Below, one piece after another: positions 13,827 to 29,105 of a stretch of DNA of 64,000 nucleotides (position 1 is its first letter; every line of letters begins with the position of its first letter). The notes beneath the pieces are model-generated. The model worked only from the letters and a program-made list of their open reading frames with translations. It had not been told where the DNA came from and did no database searches. Position numbers and translations under genes: made by a program. The stretch is from Octopus vulgaris (Eukaryota), in NCBI GenBank assembly GCA_951406725.2, contig OX597826.1:76570001-76634000 (forward strand), written 5' to 3'.

Positions 13827-13860
13827 CTAGCAGGTGTACCCGGCGTTGCCCGGGGTTGTT
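13827..13860 (-). mobile_element. Helitron-type 3' terminus (second family)
   Basis: Minus strand reads ccccgggcaacgccgggtacacctgCTAG|T: GC hairpin followed by CTAG. Confidence 0.6.
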
Positions 13861-14274
13861 TGTTAAGTATGCCTGTTTGGTTATTAGACCATTCGCGGAT
13901 GCACCTCTGAACTGAATGAAAGAAATCATAGTATCAGATGTTCCTTGCATTGTTTGATTTATTCAAATACAAGGGGCATTTTCCTTGTTTCTGCCTGTCT
14001 CTCTTGTTTACTCTTGTGGGTTAGAGAAAGGCAGAAACAAGGAAAATGTACCTTGCATTTGAATACTATGCAAATATTCTTTTAAAAAAGTTTTCTTTTA
14101 ATTTTTCACAAATTTAATTGTTTTCCATACTTACAGTTTAAAAAGTCTCAATGACTGAAACCGGTACTGAAATGTTTTTTATAAAATTATTTTAGCATTT
14201 TCTACCTTAACTTTTTTCCATATATATCAACTCTTGTCTTCCTTTTCAACCTTCTACACCCCCCCTATATCCCC

Positions 14275-14318
<44 letters not shown>

Positions 14319-14700
14319 ATATATATAAATATCTTTATATATGTATATAAATATATAGGTATATATAAATATCTTTATATATGTATATAAATATATATGC
14401 ATATATAAATATCTTTATAGATGTATATAAATATATATGTATACATATATATATATATATATACATACATATATACATACACACACACATATATATAGAA
14501 TTGTGTATGTTTATATTTACATATATATATATCTAGAGAGAGAGAGAGAGAGTTTTTGATACATTATCTAATTTTAAAACTAATGCTATACACAAACTTA
14601 TACAAGTTGCTTACAAGATATTATATATGATACGATTAGATGAGATAATAAATTTTGCAAATACATTAGCAAGTGTGCATATATATGTATATATACTTCC

Positions 14701-14765
<65 letters not shown>

Positions 14766-14890
14766 TATATGTAAATATATATATATATGTGTGTATATAT
14801 ATATACATGTATATACATATATATATATATGTCGATATATATATACATGTATATACATATATACTTATATATATATATGTACATATGCAC

Positions 14891-14931
<41 letters not shown>

Positions 14932-15700
14932 GTATATATGTGTATATATATGTGTGTGTACATGTATTTATTTATATACACATATGAATATATATAGTTA
15001 TATGAATATATATACACACATATATGTACGTACCTATATGTATATTCGTATATAATTACGTACATATGCGTTTGTATGTGTTTCTTTGTATATACATAGA
15101 GACACGAGCGTTTCCCTTGTTAAATGCATTAAATATAAAATTCTTTTACTTAAATTTTAAACTTTGAAGAATAATGTTCTACGTAAACATACTCGTTGCT
15201 TCGAAGACGTTGTATTCTCAATCGTGATTAGAAAAGTCTGTGTGTTTCTTGTCTTAAGCAATTAATTGGTTGACTCATTTGAATGAGCTTTGCTTGTTGC
15301 ATCGTACTCATACATTATAATGATTCTGTTAAAGTAGGTTCATAACATTTAAGAACTGTAAACAAATCTAATTTTGAAATACACAATACCAACTTTCTAC
15401 ATGAAATTTCCGTCGGTGCTACGTTTGAGGCTGCCCTTAAAGGAAGCATGCTGATGGCGGTGACAATGATGGTGATGATGATGATGATGATGAGGGGGAT
15501 AAGTGTTGCTATGATAATGATGATGATGATGATGACGATGACGACGGCGATGACAATGATGGTGATGAAGATGAGGTTGATGATGGGTTTGATGGTAGCA
15601 GAAGCAGCTGTTAATGGTGGTCTCGATGTTTTGGTAGGTATTGTTGTTTTTATTGCTGTTATTGTCGTTGTTGTTGCTGGCTGTGGTGGTGGTAGCGGTG

Positions 15701-15933
15701 GTGGTAGTACCAATAATTGTCGGATCCCTGGGAACAGTGAGTAAATATCTTGAGAAGTACATGGAACAAATAGGGGCTTCAATAAGGATAGAGTACTTGC
15801 AGAAAACAGCACTGCTTGGAAACGCTCGAGTACTCCGGAAGGTGCTCGAAAAATAAGAGGTGTTACCTTAGTTCACTGGTAGTGAACAGCTGACAGTGTA
15901 GTACATCTCCAGCGTTAGAAGCTCTGCAAAGAC
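15701..15933 (+). mobile_element. R4/Dong-clade LINE 3' fragment
   Basis: VPIIVGSLGTVSK...LQKTALLGNARVLRKVLEK* is the C-terminus of restriction-like-endonuclease LINEs; short 3'UTR followed by (TAA)n. Confidence 0.85.
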
Positions 15934-15958
15934 AATAATAATGATAATAATAATGATG

Positions 15959-16049
<91 letters not shown>

Positions 16050-16057
16050 TGATGATG

Positions 16058-16100
<43 letters not shown>

Positions 16101-16111
16101 TGATGATGATG

Positions 16112-16184
<73 letters not shown>

Positions 16185-16192
16185 TGATGATG

Positions 16193-16256
<64 letters not shown>

Positions 16257-16259
16257 TAA
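15934..16259. repeat. (TAA/TGA)n microsatellite
   Basis: Direct sequence. Confidence 0.97.
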
Positions 16260-16885
16260 ATTCACGAATGATGCCCTAGACCAGCCCCAAACCACCACAA
16301 GTTGTGACAACACGACCAGGTAGTAAAAGTGCTACATTGGAAACTGTGCAAAGTGGGGCTAGAGATAGGCAAGATGTGGTATGAGCACAAACTGCAGAGA
16401 GTGGCGGAGTCGGAGACTAGCAAAATTGTCTGGGATTTCCCAATCCAAACTGATCAGGTGTTAGAGCATAACAGACCGGACCCAATGTTGGTGGACAAGG
16501 TGCATCACATATGCTATGTAATTGACGTTACATCCCACTTTGACCCACGAACTGTCAAGAAGGAAAGCGAAAAGATAGACAAATACAACCCCCTTAAGTA
16601 CGAAATAGCCCGACTATGGAAAATGAAGGAGGTGAAAATAGTGCCAGTTATTGTTGGGTCCTTGGGAACAATATCAGAAAGCATCAAGGGGAATATAAAG
16701 GAAATTGGAATAGAATACCCAGTAGAACTGTTACAAAAAGTTTGCATACTTGGTACGGCCAGAATAATCAGGAAAGTATTAGATAACAGAAAAGAACAAA
16801 TGGCGTGGTACCATAGGCTGCAGGTAGTAAGCTACGCATGCAATTACTCATGGAGCTCCAAAAACGAAGAGAGAAAAAATAATAA
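16260..16885 (+). mobile_element. R4/Dong-clade LINE 3' fragment encoding the restriction-like endonuclease domain
   Basis: HDQVVKVLHW...WYEH...IVWDFPIQTD..EHNRPD..IDV..EKIDKY..VPVIVGSLG..LQKVCILGTARIIRKVL, i.e. RHD and PD..D..K motifs. Confidence 0.92.
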
Positions 16886-16887
16886 AG

Positions 16888-17342
16888 TAGTACCAGGCAG
16901 TGGATCTCATGGCTTCTGATATTAACTGATTGGAAGTGTTATCATGTACATTGTTTTGTCTTGGCATAAAAGATGGGCTACAGCAAATATTCTGCTCAAT
17001 ACCACAGGTTTGCTTGTCAGTTGTTTGACCTCAACGAATTGAGTATGTCCCTTGGTGGCTGACGATATGTGCATCTCTGATCACGAGCAGAAGTAGTGGG
17101 GGAGCATCATAGCCATGTGTTGAGAGGGATTCTTTGGGGTTTGGATAATTCACCTTTGGAAACATGGGCGTTTTGTTCAAAATCCTTAAACAACCCTTAT
17201 TCAGGGACCGGTTGAGCAGGATAGGCCACTCGACCTGAAGAAAATTCTAACTGGGCCCCACCTGCAAGGTCATGGGCTGTTTATCTTGATATGAGATCAC
17301 CATGTAGCGCACATGTGGTTGTGATGCATGTGCCTGGTGTAT
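16888..17342 (+). mobile_element. Non-autonomous retroposon family D (3'-truncated)
   Basis: Matches 57614-58135(-). Confidence 0.8.
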
Positions 17343-18329
17343 CGCATGTAGACATCCACATTGCAGAACACACTTTGGTGTAACTTGTCTCTCTCTTTTC
17401 TCAAGAGAAAGATCAACAAATAATTAATTTTCTTTATTTCCCCTTTCGGTTTTGTAGGAAATGTTGACGAAGATTTTGGTGTAAATAATGTATAACCTGA
17501 AGAAAACATAGACCGATGTTATCCAAGAAAACTTGAGCAGGAAGTTTCTATAGAGAAACAAAACAAAGGGAAAAACTGTTAAATACTGACCATTGAAATT
17601 TACCAAAATCCTGAAACGGGTGTTACCTTTTTCCATGTTGAAATATAGTTTTGATAATAAATAAAAATAGTGTTTTTGAAATAACAATGAGAAAAATAAA
17701 AATAAAACGAAAACAGCACCAAAATTCTAATCTTCGTACAAACAAAATGAAACTTTGAGTTGAAAATCTCAATTGAAATTCGTTACTGTTAATCCCTTTT
17801 AATCCGTTTTCTTCAAAATAGCTATTTATCTCATCTAATTCAAGTCGGACTTAGAACCTTCCTATGTTGATACAGTTAAATCGAGATTGTTTTTGTTGTT
17901 TTTTTTTCTTCCTTTTAACATCTCAAGGCTGGAATGTATTGAAGTCACTGCAAGTAGCAGTGAGGGTCAACAATTTTTAACCAACCAATTGAAAAAATTG
18001 TTCTGAAATACTAAAATCTGAGAATTTTGAGATTTTAGTTTTAGTACTAACAGCTGTAGGTTCCCGTAATTTGTTCAACATAAAAAAATAACAACAACAA
18101 CAACTATGATAATGATGATGATGATGATGATGATGACGACGCCGACGGTGGTGGTGTTGGTGGTGGTGGTGTGATGCTGATGATGGTGATGGTGATGAGG
18201 ATGGTGTTGGTGGTAGTGGTGGTGATGATGATGATGATGACGCCGACGATGATGTTGATGCTGATGGTGGTGTGATGATGATGATGATGATGGTGATGAA
18301 GATGGTGTTGGTGTTGTTGTTGGTGGTGG

Positions 18330-18370
<41 letters not shown>

Positions 18371-18371
18371 T

Positions 18372-18427
<56 letters not shown>

Positions 18428-19131
18428 TGGATGATGATAAACTTTCTCGTGACGGCATGCAAAAAGCAAAAGGAAAGAACAAAAGCCAAAAAAAAGGAAA
18501 GCATTTCAGAAACTTTCAGAGGATTTTGTTATTATCTCATCTTTATTTTATTTTATTTTATTTTATTTTATTTTATTTTATTTTATTTTATTTTATCATA
18601 TTTTCTACACTCTGTATTTCATGTTGTTTCCATATTTATTCTTAGATTTCAGATTAATCTTAAGCGTTTCATTCCATCGTCTGTAACTTTTGCTCTTCTC
18701 TTCAGTTTAATAATTTTCGTAATTATAAATCAGGTTTATGGAAACTTTTATTATTTGTTTAATATTATATCTTTATTATTATTATTATTGTTATTATTAG
18801 TAGAAGCGGTATTATTATCATTATTTGTATTAGTATTACTATCATATTTTTAATATTTTCATTTGGAAGTCCCGGTACTACGGTCAACATAATCTTTAGG
18901 CAATTCTTGGAAATTTCATATTAATCGGAATTAGCTGTCATAATCCTTCAGTAGATTAATGTCTCAGGTTTCTTGGTTGTTGTTGTTGTTCTTCTTATTA
19001 GTTGGCATAGCGACTAAATTTATTTTTTAACTAAAGCACAAATTTTCGATTTAGGGAAGAATTATTTGAGGATTGAAGAACAGAGGATATACCAAATACA
19101 TGCTACATGGAGGAAATATGTTCACATGTGT

Positions 19132-19555
19132 AGGCGCATGGGTTGTTCTGTGGTAAAAAGCTGGCTTGACCACATGATTCCGGGCTCAGTCCCACTGTGT
19201 GGCGCCTTGTGCAAGTGTCTTCTACTATAGCCTTAGCCCGAATAAAGCCTTGTGAGTGGATTGAGTAGACGGAAACTGAAAGAAACCCGTCATATATAGA
19301 TATATATGTATATATATGTGTGTGTGTGTGTGAGTGTGTGTGCGTGTAGCTGTGTGTATGTGTTCCTCCTCTACCACCGCTGGACAGCCGGTGTTTGTGT
19401 GTTTACATCCCCTTAACTTAGCAGTTCGGCAAAAGATATCGATAGAATAAATACCAAACTTAGAAAAGTATTGGAATCGAAATATTCGGCTAAAACGTCT
19501 TCTAGGCGGTGCCCCAGCACTGCCGTAGCCGAATGACTGAAACGAGTAAAAGAGA
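19132..19555 (+). mobile_element. SINE-A (diverged)
   Basis: Similarity to 11410-11839. Confidence 0.85.
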
Positions 19556-19633
19556 AGAAAAAAAAACAAAACAAAAGGTATAAACCTAAGTGGGTGGACG
19601 AATGAAGTACCCAATACATTAAGTAAAATTTAT

Positions 19634-19730
<97 letters not shown>

Positions 19731-19897
19731 TGTACTTGCATAGCGAGTGACTTGATCTGAGATCGTGTGCTGCAACGAAATGCAGCACGGAGCTTTGTCA
19801 GTGAACAGGTCGCGGTCTGAAAGCGACGAAAATATTTTGACAAATTAAATTTAAATGTTGAAGTGAATCTAACGGTTTTTGTGTGTTTCTTAAATGG

Positions 19898-19936
<39 letters not shown>

Positions 19937-20079
19937 AGCAGAACCTCACAGTACGAGTGTCCCATTGTACGAGTAATTTGCTGCACGAGTCGAGACTCGT
20001 GCGAATTTTTGTCTTGATGTACGAGCGGAAATCTGCAGTAGAAACATACAAATCGCCCCAAATTAGGTGTTAGAATAAA

Positions 20080-20290
20080 GCGGTGAGCTGACAGAATCGT
20101 TAACATGCCGGACAAAATGCATAGCGGCATTTCGTCCGTCTTTACGTTCAGAGTTCAACTGCCATCGAGTACGACCTTGACTTTCATCCTTCCTGAATCT
20201 ACAAAATAAGTACCAGTTGTGGACTGGGGTCGATGTAATCGACTATCCCCCGCCTTAAACATTGTAGCTCTTTACCAAAATTTGAAAGCA
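20080..20290 (+). mobile_element. SINE-B (diverged)
   Basis: gcggtgagctgacagaatcgttaacatgccgg head plus core. Confidence 0.8.
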
Positions 20291-20486
20291 ATATTTGGCT
20301 TTAAAATCGAAAATTTCCAAACATAAATGGGTAATAAAATGATGTAAAATTGTCAGAGTGGTTAGTGCATCGACTAGGATGCCTTGTGGTATTTACTTCC
20401 ACGTGTTGAGTTCAAATCCTACTGAAGCCATTTCAGCCTCTCAACCGAAAGGTACCGGGGTCAATTCTTTTCTCACACATCTCTCT

Positions 20487-20534
<48 letters not shown>

Positions 20535-20859
20535 GAAATGGTTACGTTGTACCGCAAAAAGAAGGGATGTGGGAAACTTCCACAGCGTCTATTTCCCCAG
20601 TAGTGGCTTGAGGCTTGAGGGAGAGGCAAGCAGTTTGTTTTTATAGAAAGTTGAAATCTTACATGAAGCTTTCATGAGCAGACGGTTTTTTAACAAAGAG
20701 CAGAACAGAGGTAAAAGGAAAGGACGACAAGTCAAAAGAAAGATAATCTAATGAAAAATTTAATGAAATTGCTGCTTTTTTTTTGAAAGAACAAAAAAAA
20801 AAAGAGTCAAGTAAAACTCTTGAATCTTCGACCAAAATATAGATAGTGTTTATAAAAAA

Positions 20860-21258
20860 CTAGCAGTATCGCCCGGCGTTGCTCGGGTTTGTAAGGGAAA
20901 TAACTATATAAGCATTTTTAGAGATGTAAAGTATAATAGCCATCTCAATATGAAAAACCACAAAGGGGGGTGTTACTGTAGCTTTTTACGTTCTGAGATT
21001 TAATAATACATTTTTAGAGAGTTACTTCCCTTATATAATAGCAAAAAAATGCATTAAAAAATGGGAAAAAATTATGGTAATTTTTTTTTTAATCGTAGAC
21101 TCATCGTAGACGCGCGCTAATACCCAGGAAGGGCTCGATATGAATCACGACGATAAGATATCCGCTTTTGGTTACACTGCACCGCAAAATGTGGGAGTAG
21201 TTAGGAATCTAAATCGTAGGAGACAGACACCACACAACTTCACTTTTATATATAAAGA
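20860..21258 (-). mobile_element. Non-autonomous Helitron, complete
   Basis: Minus strand A|TCTTTATATATAAAAG...cccgagcaacgccgggcgatactgCTAG|T: 5' TC, 3' hairpin plus CTAG, AT target, no TSD. Confidence 0.88.
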
Positions 21259-22219
21259 TATTGTGGATTTGGCAGAAGTCTACACATTTGTTGCGAGGAG
21301 AGTCAAGGCTATTATGTCGACAACATTACACAATTGGTACTTATTTTATTGGGCGCTGAAAAGAGAAAAAGCTAATTTAACATCGAGTGGAATTTGAACG
21401 TTGGATTTCAAAGCAGGCAAAAACAAAACAAAAACAACAAAACAAAAAATAAAATACGGCATTGAATTTAGTGAGACATTTCACTACGATATCATTTGTC
21501 TCTCAGGGAAAATAACAACAGAGATTTCTGAGTTTGGCAACACGCCTGATTCTATCGAGAACATTTCGAAGTTGTTTCAATTGACATCAGTAGCTGCTGA
21601 ATGAAAGAAAAACCAACTCCGACGGGATTTGAACTCAGGAAATTAAACATGCTGCAAGAAAATCTATCTAATCAAACAATCTTCCTTTTGCTAGCACTTG
21701 ACCAGCTTAAGTTTCTTCGACTGAGATTATTCCATGAATAAATTATTATTCCTATATTTCTTAAGATGAATGAGATTTTTGGCTTTGTATTTAATTAAGT
21801 CTGTTATACTCGCGTATTAAAACGGATAGGAGATATTAAATAAATCTCTTCCTTGTGGAGGACGCCAGTTTATTTGTTCAACTGTTTGAACTCTTTGCAT
21901 GATTATGCGCCGATACACACCATCGCAAGTTTCCGCGAACTCTGCTCTTTCATTATTGCAGAATATAGTCGCCATTCAACATTTATAGCCTAAGGAAGCT
22001 GTATATTCACAACAATGCATGTTTTAAGAAACAGATAAAATGGTGGCGCTCGTCTCCTCTCTGGGTGTGGTTGGCAGGCGGCCAGAAGCTCCATTTTTAG
22101 CTCCATTAGGTACATACACAATCTTGATAATAAACCAGGTGCTTACTTGAGCGAGGGCTAGTCGACCCTGAAAGAGAGAGTAACGAGATAGATCGAATCA
22201 GATGAGGCTGTGTGTATAT

Positions 22220-22612
22220 GCAGGCGTTGTTGTGTGGTAAGAGATTTGATTTCCAACCACACGGATACGGTTTCAATCGCATCGTGTGGCAACTTAGACA
22301 AGTACCTTCAACTATAACCTCGGCCCGACATAACATTGTAAGTGAATTTGGTAGACGGAAACTGAAAGAAGCCTGTTGATATCTATATATGTGTGTGTGT
22401 GTGTGGTTGCATGTGCCTGTGTGTGTGTCCCTACTATACCGCTTGATAATCGGTATTGGCTTGTTTGCGACCCCATAACTTCAAGGTCCGGCATAAGATC
22501 CCGATAGAATAAATACCAGGTTTTTAAAAAAAGCGCTGGGGTCGATTCATTCGAGTAAAATTGTTCAAGGCGGTGCTCCAACATGGTCGCAGTCTAGGGA
22601 ACTGAAACAAAT
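22220..22612 (+). mobile_element. SINE-A (diverged)
   Basis: Similarity to the family sequence seen elsewhere in the window. Confidence 0.8.
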
Positions 22613-22666
22613 AAATACACATACATACATACATACATACATACATACATACATACATACATACAC

Positions 22667-22739
<73 letters not shown>

Positions 22740-23204
22740 GAGAGAGAGAGAGAAATAGAGAGATAAAAAGAGAAGAGGAGGTACTTGATTGGTACTTTAT
22801 TTATCGATCCCCGAATGATGAACAAGTGGAATTGATCATGATTATTGCGGTTAATTTCAATATTTCACCTTCTAAAACGAATGATGGAAGCCTGCTCTAA
22901 TTAAAAAAATTAACTACCTTTGGGTATTAAAATAGCGGATGAAAGATTGTACGGTGCATTTTTTCAGAAAAAAACTTGACGCTGAATGCATTGCATTTAG
23001 TCAATCTTGTTGCCACTAGATACCGTTTATCCCGACGTAGAGGTCCTCTTATTCAATTGTTAAATTTAAATTTAATCAGCTGGTTATACACTCTGCAACT
23101 GAAAGTTGATGATTTTGACCAAATTGGTCCACTTCATTTCCGATGGAACCAGAATCAATTTAGAACTTTCAATCAAAATAAATTACCCTGTAGTCACTGT
23201 TGCT

Positions 23205-23365
23205 GATGTTTTAGCCCCAAGGCAGATCTATGATCAAAGCCGTCCTAACCGTGACCATCCTCTCCTTTTAGTGGACACTTCGTTCCTTGGACCACATTTA
23301 CCCATGTGTAATAGCTTGGAAAATAGGTAGGAGTGGAGTTACACCGAGATTTGGTTTTCCAGCTG
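23205..23365 (+). mobile_element. Old interspersed repeat family E fragment
   Basis: tttagcccc...gcagatctatgatcaaa motif shared with 60075-60270; inverted relatives at ~38430-38640, 54740-54950, 56290-56430. Confidence 0.5.
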
Positions 23366-24069
23366 ATGGAGGGAGCTAATGTAGAAGTGTCTTCGATAGC
23401 TTTAGAATCATTCTAGCGTTGAAGTTTGATATTAAAACAAGGTGAAAGTTACTTCGGAATCGAATATTCATTTGCATACGAGATCAGATCTCTCTTAATA
23501 TTTTGCTGTATGTTGTATTATGCAATTATCATGGCATATTTCTCATCAGTTGCTAATATCTGTGTTGTTATATATTGACAAACAGGCAATTGTGCTATAT
23601 ATTTCACTTGCATGCTTAGAAGAGGAGATAGACTTATGTGCAATTGGTAATGATAGCATAATATTAGAAACCGAAAGACAGGTATGGCATATACAAATTG
23701 AGAAACAACTTTGGAGTGGTGGAGCGGGGGAGAGATGAGGAGAGAAGAAACAAATGAAGAAAGAGATAAAGAGGAGAGATAAGGGCTATAGAGTTTTAGA
23801 ATAGCGATTAAGTTAAGATATAACGAAAATTATAATAATAGACGCAACGAAAACTTTAGTACAATAGAAATAAGAAATAAGTGGAAATCTTACCGGTGAG
23901 TGTGTTACATAATAAGGCACAAAAAGAAAATGACTCTCCCCAGACACAATAGAATATAAGATTTGGAGAATATAAGTATTACGTGTATCTTCACGGAGAA
24001 ACCGATTTATTCAAAGTCACACATACAACCGCCCAAAATTCATGCGATAAATGTCGAGCAAACAGGTAT

Positions 24070-24170
24070 GTCGACTTTGCCTTTCATCCTTTCGGGGTCG
24101 ACATAATCGACTTAATCCGTTTGTCTGTCCCCTCTGTGTTTAGCCCCTTGTGGGTAGTAAAGAAATAGGT
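24070..24170 (+). mobile_element. 5'-truncated SINE-B with AGGTATGT duplication
   Basis: aggtatgt at 24064-24071 and 24167-24174. Confidence 0.8.
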
Positions 24171-24202
24171 ATGTAGATGCACATATTTAAACACATGTAT
24201 AT

Positions 24203-24371
24203 GGCAGGAGTGACTGTGTGGTAAGTAGCTTGCTTACCAACCACATGGTTCCGGGTTCAGTCCCACTGCGTGGCATCTTGGGCGAGTGTCTTCTGCTATA
24301 GCCCCGAGCCGACCAATGCCTTATGAGTGGATTTGGTAGAGGGAAACTGAAAGAAGCCTGTCGTATATATG

Positions 24372-24404
<33 letters not shown>

Positions 24405-24615
24405 ATGTGTTTGTGTGTCTGTATTTGTCCCCCTAGCATTGCTTGACAACCGATGCTGTTGTGTTGTCCCCCTCACTTAGCGGTTCGGCAAAAGAGACCG
24501 ATAGAATAAGTACTGGGCTTACAAAGAATAAAAGTCCCGAGGGTCGATTTTAGCTCGACTAAAGGCGGTGCTCCAGCATGGCCGCAGTCAAATGACTGAA
24601 ACAAGTAAAAAAAAA
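24203..24615 (+). mobile_element. SINE-A, full length
   Basis: High similarity to 11410-11839. Confidence 0.9.
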
Positions 24616-24937
24616 AATGATAATATGGATACGGAAACAGAAAATGCTTCATGGCACAAAGTTTGCACTAAACGCAGAGGAGAAGAAGAGAGCGGAAAGT
24701 GGGACAAGTAAAACGGGATCAAATAAGGGGCTGAAGAGGTAACGGATAAAGACCACCAGGCACCATCGATATCAGATTTAGGTTATCTTTGGATGATCTT
24801 AAACAAGGCTTTTCTACTAATTATACATTTTACAGATGTGAGGCCCGAATGAATTTAGTATATAGAATACAGAACGCTTCCCTGGGCTACTTCCATTTTG
24901 TTCTATCACGCACATTCCTGATCACTTTATATGTACC

Positions 24938-25150
24938 TATTTCTTTACTACCCACAAGGGGCTAAACACAGAGAGGACAAATAAGAACAGACAAACGGAT
25001 TAAGTCGATGTAATCTATTATATCGACCCCAGTGCGCAACTGGTATTTATTTAATCGACCCCGAAAGGATGAAAGGTAAAGTCGACCCCGGCGACGAAAT
25101 ACGGCTACGCATTTCGCCCGACGTGCTAACGTTTCTGCCAGCTCGCCGCC
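24938..25150 (-). mobile_element. SINE-B with internal deletion and 13-bp TSD
   Basis: ctttatatgtacc at 24925-24937 and 25151-25163. Confidence 0.9.
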
Positions 25151-25350
25151 CTTTATATGTACCGTGTAGGTGTGTGTGAATGTAGGTATGTAGGTATGTA
25201 TGTAGATATATATATATATGTATGCATATATATGCGTGTATGTGTGTGTGTGTTTAAGCACACGTACGCATAAATAAAACACATATACACACATATATCT
25301 ATATACACATAGAAGTGGTGGTCTTTCGACCATGCACATGACGAACGTTC

Positions 25351-25384
<34 letters not shown>

Positions 25385-26116
25385 ATGTGTGTGTGCGCGC
25401 GTGTGTGTATGTGTGTATGTATGTATATGTAGAGAGAGAGATGCATGTATATATAAAGGGAGGGAATGGGGAGAGACAGACACACAGACACAGAGAAAGA
25501 CAGAGAGGGAAGAGAGAGGGACCGATAAATAGACAGAGAGAAAGAGAAAGAGGAGAAAGAGAAAGGGGAGAAAGAGAGCGAGAGAGAGAAAGAGAGAGAG
25601 AGGAGAGAGAGAGAGAGGGAGAGGGAGAGAGATCATTCACGGTGCTACTGAGCAGACAAAATTTCGATTAGAAAGTCTCACAAAACCTGAATATGTCTCT
25701 TGTTTTTACCAACTTTAATGACACGACCCCCACCCCTCACACACCTAACATTTTCCAAAGATGTTCAGTTAAGCTGATAGTTGTGAGTTACCGCCTTGTT
25801 GTGTTTTCTAAATTGTAATATAACTTGGAGGGATGTTTGTCCTATAATTCCATGGATAATCCCAATGATATTTTTAACAGACATTTTGGAAGCGAGTGAT
25901 TCAACTATATATATGGATACAAATACTATGTTTACTCGTTCCTCACAAAAAATTGTTTTTTTCCTCTTCTCTGTTTCCTGTCACCAGATTTCTAAGACAA
26001 AGGCTTAACCAATTCGAGAGCTGGGAGTAGCAAAAGTATGAAAACAGATTGAAATATTCTCTAAAAGGCAATGAAAAACAATGAAAGAAAAATATCCTCC
26101 ACTCATACATACATTC

Positions 26117-26420
26117 GTGGAGGCGGAATGGCCCAGTGGTTAGTGAAGCGGACTCGCGGTTTCGATTCTCAGACAGGGCGTTGTGTGTGTTTATTGAGCG
26201 AAAACACTTAAAGCTCCACGAGGCTCCGGCAGGGGGTAGTGGTGACCCCTCTTGTACTCTTTCGCCCCAACTTTCTCTCACTCTCTCTTCCTATTTCTTG
26301 AGTAACTCTGCGATGGACTGGCGTCCCGTCCAGCTGGGTGGAACACATACTCCCCAGAAACCGGGGAACCGGTCCCATGAGCCTGGCTAGGCTTGAAAAA
26401 GGGCGCATAAATAAATAAAT
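26117..26420 (+). mobile_element. SINE family C (tRNA head, V-domain-like gcgatggactggcgtcccgtccag, (AAAT)n tail)
   Basis: gtggaggcggaatggcccagtggttag head; flanked by the TSD-like pair atacatacattc / atacatgcattc. Confidence 0.85.
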
Positions 26421-27440
26421 AATACATGCATTCATTTACAACACATACTCATAACTTTAGACACATTTAGAAAGCCAAATGCTGGCACACACACACACAC
26501 ACTCACTTCCACACACACACACACTCACTTCCACACACACACACACACATCATCATCATTGTTCGACCGTGGCCGAGACTCATAGTCTTTTCAAATGGCT
26601 AATAATGTGTGCGCGCGCCACTACTACACACATTGGAAAGCATTGTACAACCAAGTACTAAAGAAGATCTTTCCTCCTCCATGAAACAAAGCTGTTCCCG
26701 CTGGACGTCAACCCAGTATTTCTAAGCTACGGACCGAGTGATTTATTGTAAGGTTATCTCCCTAGATAGATTGCCTTCACTACGGCTAAGGAGCCCTTTC
26801 TCACACACACACAAACACACGAATACACACACATTCAAGTATTCTGAATTGTGCACTGTTATATATAAATATATTTTCACTAACCTTACGAAGTGAACGA
26901 CAATCGTATTACATGAAAATCAGTCAGGCTATTAATTCTACATCCAGATGAGCTACCGCTATATATATATATGCGTATACTTATTTTTTTGCCAAATAAA
27001 CACACGCACTGTATATTCGTTCTTCACTTCAGCTTTGTTTTATTATTGTTTTTATGTCCTTTGTCTGGAAGTCTTAAATGAAGAACGACTATGTAGTGCG
27101 TGTGTTCTTTGACAAAAGAAAAAATAGAAAAGTTACAGTCCCGAAATAGAACAATATCTGTTTCAACACACGATTTCACAGCAGGAATCTTGCAAAACAA
27201 ACAGATAAACGTATATAACCACAAAGGCGCTGTGGGCGATTTTTTTTCCTTCTTTGGACTTTTCCCTTTCTCCTTTTCGATGAAGAACTGTGCTTGAAAC
27301 ACCAAACTCTCTTTTCACCGAGCATCAAGCCAATGTATTCGTTCTGCGCGTCCTCATGTTGACCATTAATATTGTCATTCGTTTATTGAATCTATTGTTT
27401 ATTTGAATTGACGAATATATATATATACATATATAAATAC

Positions 27441-27473
<33 letters not shown>

Positions 27474-27478
27474 AATAC

Positions 27479-28390
<912 letters not shown>

Positions 28391-29024
28391 TGTATGTATG
28401 TATGTATGTATGTATGTATGTATGTATGTATGTATGTATGTATATATGTATGTATGTATGTATGCATGTATGTGTGTATGTATGTATGTATGTATGTATG
28501 TATGTATGTATGTATGTATGTATGTATGTATGTATGTATGTATAAGGACAGATTTCTAAGAAGACTCCCAATTATTTTCCTGCTGACCAAAGAGAAGAAT
28601 AGGATGTTTTCATATTATTTTAATCCCCACAGTTAAGAACTTGAAAAAGCAATTACAGAGTTTCTCTACATTATATGTTTGGTTATTCTGAAAGTACTGT
28701 CATATATATATGTACATCTGTCTATCTGTCTATGTTTCTATGTTTTTACGTATCTATTTATCATTCTATCTAATTACCTATCTGTCTGTCTGTCTGAATA
28801 TATACTTTCCTTCTTTCAGTCACTTTTGCTAATTTTTCTTTTATGGCAAAAGACTAGCGTCCGAAACGTTGGGGTTCCTTTTCCTTTCCATTCAAGTGGT
28901 ATGCTAATAATTCATTTGTTGAAACTTGTTGAAACTTGTCCATCTTAAGCATTTCTCTTGTCTTTGCTGAATCATTATTTGTGTGTATGGGTGCGCCTGA
29001 TTATAATATATATTCACACATATG

Positions 29025-29105
<81 letters not shown>

